A stretch of DNA of 64,000 nucleotides from the NCBI GenBank assembly GCA_964016885.1, contig OZ024742.1, forward strand, positions 324,694,001-324,758,000, given 5' to 3'. The stretch is from Eledone cirrhosa (taxonomy: Eukaryota). Shown one piece after another: positions 53,557-64,000 of the stretch. Positions within the stretch are counted from its first letter, which is position 1. Each line of letters starts with the position of its first letter. The notes below the pieces were generated by a model. It saw only the letters and a program-made list of their open reading frames with translations, was not told where the DNA came from and made no database searches. The position numbers and the translations under genes are program-made.

Positions 53557-54845
53557 TACATGAATGTATATTAGGCTTCTACATAAACTGGAAATATTCT
53601 CCGAATTTGTAGAAAACTTATAATGAAACAATTGTTTGGAAAGAGAGATATATTTTAACTTTAATTATATCTCATAAAATAATACAACTGGCTTTTCCAC
53701 ATAATACATATTGTTAGCACCCCAAACACTTAAATTGGGTTTATATTAAAATATAACCTAATGTTTGTTGAGTGAGATGGTTACCAGTCAGAGATTAGCT
53801 TTAAACTATCTCTGTTATTGTATTAATATTTTACTCTTGATTGGCCAGAGGCGTTTATTTCCAGGTACCTTATAAATTTGACTTTCCGTATTTATTACTG
53901 TTGTGCGATATTGTGGTTTTTATTGGTTGTAACTTCTCTGTTTTTTAGCCTAAGAATATATATATATGCCTATGTATATAATTACATGCATACAATTATT
54001 TTTTAAAATTAATTGAGTTCTTTACACGAGGAATTGATATTAGTTTTGAAATAACTAATTAACCCGAGTGTGTTTTATATTTTACTCTTAATTCGGCCGG
54101 AGATTTACATTCCCATTTGCCCTTTAAAGCATAACTTTCCGTATTTACTACGGTTACGAGATGCGGTTTCTTATTCAGGTACAACCTCTGATTTTAGCCT
54201 AAGAAAATATTTATATGCGTGTGTAATTTATACACGCATATATTTATTTTTTTAATTTCAATTGAGTTCTTAACACGTTGGATTGATAATGTTTTAGAAA
54301 AAAACTGTTTAACCCGCGTGTATATTATTTTTTTTCCTCCTTTCGTGGATCGTAGTTGTCTCCCCTTCCCGCTTAGTGACGCTATAACACTTTCTCAGTC
54401 AAAAACTGCTGGAATTTCAAATTTGCCGGTCATTCGATGCGGGAAAGAGCAACTTAACGGACACGATTTTTAACTGTGGTAAGAAATGTTTTTCTTATAT
54501 CAAAGTTTAATGGGCTTCCACTGATGATTTATAAGCGTTCACCTAAATATATTCTTACATGAATGTATATTAGGCTTCTACATAAACTGGAAATATTCTC
54601 CGAATTTGTAGAAAACTTATAATGAAACAATTGTTTGGAAAGAGAGATATATTTTAACTTTAATTATATCTCATAAAATAATACAACTGGCTTTTCCACA
54701 TAATACATATTGTTAGCACCCCAAACACTTAAATTGGGTTTATATTAAAATATAACCTAATGTTTGTTGAGTGAGATGGTTACCAGTCAGAGATTAGCTT
54801 TAAACTATCTCTGTTATTGTATTAATTATATATATATATATATAT
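53557..54845 (+). repeat. ~1-kb partial tandem: block copies 2 and 3 plus an internal diverged ~250-bp duplication
   Basis: 53557-53827 is nearly identical to 54556-54826. 53828-54075 resembles 54078-54325. Confidence 0.85.
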
Positions 54846-55154
54846 TTAAACAATCTATCACCTACGTGAAATTATTTTCTATTTTATTTTACTATAGAAT
54901 TAAGATAACATTATCAGGGAACAACCATAGAGAACATGGCTGGGCTGATATGATATATATACACATATATTCATTTCTCCATGCAAACCCGCGGGTTATA
55001 ATTTGATTCCTTGCGGCTCATTGTTTTGTTGAACAATTCCGATTATTTCACGTTGTTCCAGATCTCTCGCATTGGGAAAAATACTCCATATAATCGAAAG
55101 CGACAGCCTCCACAGATACGGTGTTACTGAATAGCACTAAGAACCATCTTAAGT

Positions 55155-55445
55155 GTATACGAGCTCCAGCAGCAACCTGTTGCAGTCTGCGAATAACCCA
55201 GGTTCTGCTGCACGTAGGGCTGAGGAGGCCAAACTCTTCAAATATCGATCGATCTCCGACAGATTTGTGGTTGTACCCTTGACTGTGGAGACTTCTGGTA
55301 TCCTCGGCCCTAGGGTTTCCTCCCCACTCATCACCATAGGGGCTGAGCTGGCCAGCCGCAGGCGTGAGCCTCGCGAGCTGGAATGGCTTTTCCAGCGCGT
55401 CTCCTTTCCGTCCTCCGGGGTAACCCTCTCTCCATTTCCTCTGCC
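55155..55445 (+). mobile_element. CRE-like non-LTR retrotransposon restriction-like endonuclease C-terminal fragment
   Basis: PGSAARRAEEAKLFKYRSISDRFVVVPLTVETSGILGP...EPRELEWLFQRVS matches the AE..K..KY...P..VET.G..G...L.QR.S signature. Confidence 0.8.
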
Positions 55446-56136
55446 GGGTTGTGGGGAGGTCATCAATATGATTGACTGAATTGTCATTTTATCAGTCAGA
55501 TGTTCTAATGATTCTGCCAATTCTTTACTTCAATGTCTCTCTCTGTAGTTACGTTCAATGTCAGCGTTTGTATATTAATTTCATGAACAGACTTATCAGT
55601 TGATAACATGATTGTAACTCTCGACTCCGGAAATGACAGATGTTTCTCACACATTTCTCTCAATATTTAGAACATCTACAAAGATGTCTTCATATAAGCA
55701 GCTTCACACTATTTGACTGTATTAACATGTTTATTAAATGTACATCTAAGTTGATATAATATGAATATCTTCAATTTAGAACAACATAAATATATAGATC
55801 AGAAATGGCGTCAATTCAAATGATATTCATATACGTGTATGACGGGTAGACTTTAAGGTGCTGTAACGGCCGGAACCTTCAACCTGGAAGAAAAGATTTG
55901 GCATGTTAGCTTAACATAACCATATCAAGGATGTGTCAGAGTGAGTGTTATGTAGACCAATTAAAAGTATCCGAAAGGAAAACGACTCAAAACCTCTTGA
56001 GTGTACCTAGCACTCAAAATCAACTTACGGCATTGAATCTCACACAGTGATAGTGCTTCCTATTTCATAAATATAATCGAAGTATAATTATGCTCAACAT
56101 AATTCTTCCCTTGTTTTTGGCTGTGGTGGCATTTTC

Positions 56137-56287
<151 letters not shown>

Positions 56288-57743
56288 TATATATTATGAT
56301 ATAATTATATATATATTATTATGCCAGTGCTAGGTGGTGCTATTAAGCTAGGCATGGCCTGGGCCAATACTGGCCGAAACCTATCAAAGTTATAAATGTG
56401 TGTCTTTGTGTGTGTGTGTGTGTGTGTGTGTAAGATCCCCGTTCAAACTTTTTATGTACTAAGGCTTTACTATTGATAGGATTATGTACCTGTGTCAGCT
56501 AGCCACAATTCGACAGAGTCCAAATATTGACATCACTGATGATCATATGAATTTTGTCTTTTCACTACCTGTATAATTGTTTCTACTTAAGGCACAAGGC
56601 CAGCAATTACACAGTACATTACTGGTACTTTATTTTATCGACCCTGTAAGGATGGAAGGCAAAGTTAACCTGTATAATGCGAGGGTTTTAATTTTAATTT
56701 AATTTATTTCGCAATTTTGTTTTGTGTGGTTTATTTTTGTGGCAAGATTAAGTTTGTTTTATTTAGTTGTCGTCTAAGGTTCTGTAAGGGAAATATTTCA
56801 ACGTTCTCTGATTTCTGAACCACAATGATTCTGCTTGCTATCATATTGCTTTACTTTGAAAATCACTCACCTCTAGTTGTTTTTTCTTTACATAATGAAA
56901 GGGTACATCTCTGTCCTGACATGAGCATGGGATTCCCTCACCAATACCTACCACAGGGCAGAATGTTTTACGAAAGACGAAATATCATATAGGCATGCAA
57001 GTCTCTTTACTATACAACACAGATATAGCTCAAGGGAAAATCAAAGGCTGCTAGAACTTCAGTTTTTCTCCTGCTGAGTGTACTAGAGAAACGTGAAATA
57101 TGGTGTCTTGCTCTTGGAAGTAACGAATTTTCCATTGCGGGAATCAAATTGATGACCTTACAATCGTGAACCGAATGCCATAACGACTATCAAATGTACC
57201 TTCACAATTCGAACAACCGACGGGTAACACAACCTTCACTTTAGAAACCCATATAAACCTTTGCTCATAGTATGTTGGCTACCCATAGGCATGCTTGTTT
57301 AATCACGTGAATTTATTACCACATGCAAACAAAATGGGAAGTTATATTATAAACTGATCACTAGTTGGGAGCAAATAACTGACGAGATTCTCTGAAAAGT
57401 AACTAGTAGTTACGCTACCTAAGTTACTGCCCTCATAGCCATCTTGTACCTCCTATAAATACACCACATAAAAACACACACTAGCACGCGCTCATACCTA
57501 CACACAAACACGCACGCACACATACAAACTTACATATATGTATTTAGACAGATGATGCGACTAACTACGAAGTGAGTGCTACTTCTCTACATATATAAGT
57601 CACAATATTTATACATATTGAGTGCTCTTTCAATTAATGTTTTGATATTTTAACTACTGTGGCATTTTCAACAACCATTCTAATATACACACATGCATAC
57701 ATATATACATACATATTATATATATATGCATATATATATATAT

Positions 57744-57805
<62 letters not shown>

Positions 57806-59363
57806 TGAGAGAGTGAGTGAGTGAGAGACAATGTGACAGAGTGCAACAGAACGTAGTTGAATTGTTGCATTCCAATCGAAAATAGAAAAATAGATTAATA
57901 CACACACACACACTATACATGTGTGTGTGTGTGTGTGTGTATTATATATATATATACATATAAATCAATAAGCAATATGGATTCAAAATCGTATTAAGTT
58001 TTCAACTGAATCTCTTTTGGAATTCTCATATTACATTTCTTCAATAGCCATCGGTGAATATTATAGGAATGTTTGGAGTGAATACCTTGAAATAGAATAC
58101 TGAACGGTAATCTAGCCATAATGGAAAACGTCCAGTGAATGTAGCAATCGATTTTTGGATAAGGATTATTTCAGAGTCGAATCTGAATATTTGTAGCTCC
58201 GATAGCTTAATATCACTTGTGTCACGACAATACAGTAGACGAAAAAGTTCTTGGGGTTACATATTTTCTTTAGCTTAATGTATCTCGTGGTTGTTGCCTA
58301 TTGTTGATCTTTTAGCCACGGATCAACGGTAAGTATGATAGATCCATGATAAAAATATTCTACCAGTGCACAACGTAATGTTTAGGAAATATCTAGAAAA
58401 TCTATGTTGTACAATATATATCTTAAAAGTGGAAGGTTTTACAGAGGTAGATCAAACGACATCTTCACAATGGCACGAGGCTAGACATTGATTTTCTTGT
58501 TGTTTCTTACACTTACACATTGAGACTGTGTAGACCTATTCTCTACTGAATTAATCGTCTAGTTTAGATACAACTATCTGGTAATTGGGTGATTTTATTA
58601 GGATAGACATTGCGCATTCAGACCTGGTCTCTAGTCTAAGGATAATCTGTTCTCGTTCACCCATCATTCAGAGAAATTCTGAATACATTCATGTGCTCTA
58701 ACATTCTTCATCGGACGAAGTAATCAGAAACAAACATGGTAAGTTGCAAATGTAGGGATATAAGGCTGCTATTTCCTGCAAATGAGGCGACCAAGTAGAA
58801 GTCCAATAGTTGCTGCGAAGGGATTCAAGTTTCTTTGATAATATATTTCCGATTCAAAAAAGATAGTTTTTTAGTAGAATAAGGTCGTTTACATCAATTC
58901 CAAGTACACAACCGAGACTTAGGTTAAACGCCCGTTTGTCCGACGAAAGGCAGATTTTCTGCAGAAAATACTTCAATTCATTTAAAATCATATCTTCTCT
59001 TATTCTTTGACTAAATATTGTCTAGTAGTATATTATTACGTTCTTCTACCCTATTTGTCTTTTATCTTTCCGAAACCAATAAAAGAAATGTCTTTCATAA
59101 AAGAGAATCAATTTAATCATCTTCATACATATACACCTGTCTTAACGTTGGACTTGTATCAAGTCAATATAAATCTATAACAACGACTGAAGGAAATTGA
59201 CTTTAAATAGAATGTGCCAATGTAAATGACAACAGGAAAAAATGATAAGACATATGATAGAACGACATAGCATAGAATCGTGTTGGGTTTTATATTTTAC
59301 TGTTTTTAATAATTGGACAGTAGTCATGTTGAGACATTCGCCTACAAAGTTTTCATTTTATTA

Positions 59364-59548
59364 TAATTGTTTCTACTTTAGGCACAAGGCCAGAAAATTA
59401 CCCAGTGCATTACTGGTACTTTATTTTATCGACCCCGTAAGGATGAAAGGCAAAGTCAACCTCGGCGGGATTTGAACTCAGATCGTAAAGGGACGTAACT
59501 ATGCTGGAAAACATGGCGTCCGACCCTCTACCGATACTGCCAATCCAA
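59364..59548 (-). mobile_element. SINE family A
   Basis: Full reverse-complement copy. A partial copy lies at 56574-56671. Confidence 0.85.
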
Positions 59549-59554
59549 TGACCA

Positions 59555-59666
59555 TTCTTCTTCTTCTTCTTCTTCTTCTTCTTCTTCTTCTTCTTCTTCT
59601 TCTTCTTCTTCTTCTTCTTCTTCTTCTTCTTCTTCTTCTTCTTCTTCTTCTTCTTCTTCTTCTTCT
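59555..59666. repeat. (CTT)n microsatellite
   Basis: Direct inspection. Confidence 0.95.
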
Positions 59667-59789
59667 CCACCCCCCACTCTTTTTATTTCTTCTTACCCCC
59701 TTTTCTTCTTTTCGTCTTCATCCTCATCCTCATCCTCATCACCACCATCATTATACCCACAATCGTCAGCATCTCCATCATCGAGCGAG

Positions 59790-59895
59790 ACTAGTCAAGC
59801 TCTTGGATGTTGTCCAACCATCTTGCTCGGGGTCAAGCCTTGGGTCTCCAGTCGGTTGATTTTGCCCGTAAAATCTGTCCAGCGATTCTTTCTTG
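59790..59895 (-). mobile_element. RTE-type LINE 3' fragment
   Basis: ERIAGQILRAKSTDWRPKA*PRARWLDNIQ, same family as 31270-31585. Confidence 0.6.
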
Positions 59896-60051
59896 AAAGG
59901 AATAAAGAAACAAATTATGAAATCACATTGCAACTATAAGATATGTTACATACAAGAAGCAGCTATATACAAGTTTCAAATATACCCTAGAAAACGTTTT
60001 GAATGATGTTTCATTATTTTCCTTAACCCGGGAAACGCCCGGTACGTCTAG

Positions 60052-60086
<35 letters not shown>

Positions 60087-60124
60087 CACACACACACACA
60101 CACACACATATACATACATATAAT

Positions 60125-60209
<85 letters not shown>

Positions 60210-60844
60210 CACATATATACAGATATCTTAGCCACCACACAGTTTTGTATTTAGAGTGAAATATTCGTGAATCAAAATGTAATATATGATAAATCAATTT
60301 GCAAAAAAAATATAAAATAATCCTATAAGGAAACGTAATATTCTTTACAGAGTTCCCTAACAAGTTATATTGGTTGTTCTCGATTTCCTCTTAATTATAG
60401 AGGCCAAGTAACATAGGAATATAGGAAATGAGTCATCGATTCCTTTGTCGAAAGTGTTTGAATACAATAAAGCTTGAGACAGTATATTAAAACTGTCTTT
60501 TTGTCTTCCTATGTAATTTAAGTTACTTCCTGGTCTATGGAGCCTGTCACTATACAAGAAAATTTCAACTGTCTTTCTCACAATCAACATTACCGAGAAG
60601 TTTTATTGGAAAGGAAAGTGATGATTTGTTGGCACGTTTTTGTCTCAGCAATTTGCTGGAATGAGTAAATGAATTGACTTAAAAGAAATATACCTAGTTT
60701 GTTAGCCATAATCAAGAAGAAACTAAATTCGAACTTCTCGCTGCTATATTATATTACCATTATTCTTTTTGTGTTTATAATGTAAAAAAACAACAAAAAA
60801 AAACAACAAAAAAAACAACAACAGCAAATGGCTTTCCATCACAA

Positions 60845-61165
60845 CTGCAGCCAGCAGGCCTTGACCGTGTAGATGGCAAGTATCCCCATGGAATCACCCT
60901 CTTCCCATTCGAATGAGATAGATCCTCCATCTGGGACGCCACCTGTCGCGACACGTTCTCCGCTTCCAACTTAGTCGCTTCGGCCACAAATCGCGGCAGC
61001 ACGATCCACCTGGCAGAGGAACGGAAAATAATCAAATACCGGGAATTGTTCGGCCGCTTCCTCTACACACCGGTCACCGTCGAGACCTCAGGCGTACTTG
61101 GACCCCTCGGGGATTGTCCGGCCGCTTCCTCTTCGCACCGGTCACCGTCGAGACCTCAGGCTTAC
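60845..61165 (+). mobile_element. CRE-like restriction-like endonuclease fragment
   Basis: [35 protein letters not shown]...AEERKIIKYRELFGRFLYTPVTVETSGVLGP, a degenerate RPDG...WD.T...E..K..KY motif. Internal duplication at 61052-61093 / 61120-61161. Confidence 0.82.
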
Positions 61166-61674
61166 TTGAACATTCGAGCTTCTCCGCAACATCGGAACGT
61201 CGCTCCGCGAAGTGGGGTGGCTGTTGCAGCGATTGTCGCTGATCATTGTCCGTGGAGCACAGTCCATTTACTGCCACGCCCTAGGCCCGGAGCCCAATCA
61301 TCCTTCCCCTTCCATCCTCTTGTGACACATTCTTCTGTGACACTAGAGCCCTTGTCATTCTCTCCCCTTTCCGTTTTTCTTTTTCTCTTTTTTCTTTATA
61401 TTTTCCTATTTTACATTCCATTCTACTCAATCTGAATTTTCTTTTTTTCTCTTTCTATGAAACTGTATTTACATGATCTATTCCATGGATTAAAGTTGTA
61501 TATAATGTTTATATTATTGAAGTAGTAATATTTAACTAGTGAAACATATAATCTAACGTTTATTATGCCATGGTGTCTCTTTCAAATGGAAAAATGATTT
61601 CCATTTGGAAGTATTGAGAAGAACGTGCGATTTCGTTCGTTTCATAACATTCCTAGAAGCATTATCAATAATAT

Positions 61675-61922
61675 CGGGGTCGATAAAATAAAGTACCAGT
61701 AATGCACTGGATAATTGCTGGCCTTGTGCCAAAAAGTAGAAACAATTATCAATAATAAGGATTTCTAGTATAGGCACAAGGCCAGTAATTTATTATTATT
61801 TTTTGGTGTGGGTGGGGGTGGGGGAGTCGATTAAATCGATCGCAGTACGTTACTGGTACTTTATGTTATCGTCACCGTAAGGATGAAAGGCAAAGTTAAC
61901 CTCGGCAGGATTTGAACTCAGA
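61675..61922. mobile_element. Tail-to-tail SINE A fragments
   Basis: Plus-strand 3' half at 61675-61750, minus-strand copy at 61762-61922. Further fragments at 63835-64000. Confidence 0.75.
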
Positions 61923-63181
61923 TCTTAATGTAATAAGATTGCATCAGTAACACTCACAACATAGGTTGTGGACATTAATCCCCAGGAGTTCACATGTATA
62001 TATTCTTATTGATTAGTCCCAAGACAATCCTGATGAGCAGTTCCTTGTTGTCAGGCATCGCAGCCGTGACAATTCCTTATTTTGTATAAGGGTACAGTGC
62101 TATTGCTATAATCAGGAACATCTTAGAGCTCAGATAGGACTCAGTCAAATGTGCTGTATCGTCATTTTTAATTTTATATAAATGCTACAACTGCATTTGA
62201 TACATAGAAGCAGCTAATTTTATGCAACATTTGCCAACGTCACCATAACACACAAACGATTCTGAATCACCAGTATTTCTTTTACTAAAAAAGATCTTAT
62301 ATCGGATGCGGTAAATCGATAGTGTTAATAGTTATATAATCCGAAAAGAGATTAGAGCAAATGAGTTTCGCACACGGATATTTATCTGGTTACCGTTTTC
62401 TCAACCATATTACTAGGAAGATACAAGACTTCAATGTGGTGAGGGGCACATATAGAACGATTTTATCGAGTGAGGGATATATTCGCATAAATTACAAGGG
62501 GTTTTGTTTCATGTTTGAAACCATTTTACTGACAAAAATATAATAATATGCACAACGACTACTACAATATCCTTATGATAAATATCCTTTTTCAGAATCA
62601 ATCAGATTCGTGCGGCATGTCGAAAAAGAAAATCCTTAGTTTAGGGATCGATTCAATCAACTACCCACTTCTCAGCCAATAAGGAGGAGAGTAGTCAAAA
62701 TAAAAATAAAATTAAAATATGCATCGCGTCATTTTATATCTAAGTAAGTGAGATATTTAAATTATTATTCAGATGCAAGACTGCAATATTCATCTTTTGT
62801 AATGCACTTAACAATAAATGCATTATTGACGCTACTACATTTGTAAGTAATACTGCCAATTTCTATACTGACATTTCTGCAATTCTTTAAGTGCACCATC
62901 GCTAATAATTTTAGCCTATAATTTAAATGTACTATATCTGAATCCACAAGCTCATCTGATGGAATTAATATTGCACAGAGAGCAGTGAATTTTACGTACA
63001 TTCATAATATAATAGAGACGTACTAGCTTACTGGCTTTTTGATGTTGCCCGCATGTATACTATTTGTATGCATATCTCTATATGTGTATGAATATCTATG
63101 TACATACATGTAACATATTAAATATATGTATGTCTCTATGTATATAACACATACACACACATATGCACAGGCACAGGCACA

Positions 63182-63270
<89 letters not shown>

Positions 63271-64000
63271 ACGCACACACACATACATATATATATAACA
63301 ATATATGAAATAAGAAAAGATTTAATAGAAGAGGAGATGATTGCCTTTGTTATAGTTAAGTGTGATTCTGAGAAATAATATTCATTCACAAGTAATAGAT
63401 CCTTGCTAGCCAACTGCTAGTCGTTATACGACCACAAGAATTCTATCCCTGACCACCATGTCTTACATTTCAACAATAACTTTGTTCACTGTGTCCTTTT
63501 ATTTTAAAGTAAAATGGTGTGATTTTTCGCTAAAGATTTGACTGCTAAATCAACTTAAGTGAAGGCTCACATAATCGCTCCTTCACGTGGTAATTAGAAT
63601 GTAAGATAAGGAGCCAGAGTGGGAATGATTGAATGATGTTTCAACCATCACTCAATTCAAACTTTCTACTTATTCTTTTGATTTGCAAAACGCGAGTGTA
63701 TGTGGATGTGTTAATGCCATCTTGTTGATAGCCTTAATCTTGTTTAAATTGTTCAGAAAATGTTTGTTGTATAGTTTCTGAGAACATTCCTTTTTTGTTG
63801 TTGTAACTCTTCTGTCTAGAAATTAGATTTGTTTTTCAAGTTTGACTTTCATCATTTCGGGGTCGAGAAAATGAAGTACCCCTCAACTATTAAAGTTGAT
63901 TTAACGGACTTTTCCATTCCTGCAATTTTGTTCGACTTTTGACTTAATTAGAGACTATAATAATAACAATAATGGTTTCTACTATAGACACAAGGCCAGC

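Overview
AT-rich, microsatellite-dense eukaryotic intronic or intergenic DNA. The SINE and repeat content suggests an octopus or other cephalopod, but this is inference. I found no convincing host exon, tRNA gene or rRNA gene, and most ORFs in the track are translated (TA)n, (CA)n or (GA)n tracts. The recognisable content is retroelements: Penelope-like element (PLE) fragments (a GIY-YIG fragment at ~1.1-1.6 kb and a disrupted RT+GIY-YIG ORF at 50965-53220, minus strand), RTE-, CRE- and CR1-like LINE fragments, many tRNA-derived SINEs and two short MITEs. The main unexplained signal is about 17 intact-looking type I hammerhead ribozyme (HHR) motifs. Most sit in short non-coding units of 310, ~319 and ~523 bp. 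These units are arranged as tandem arrays with a central inversion and are embedded in (TA)n tracts, which is the architecture of non-autonomous retrozyme-like elements. One family has a compensatory U3:A8 catalytic core, and in another the copy boundary coincides with the predicted self-cleavage site. All folding and alignment was done by eye.
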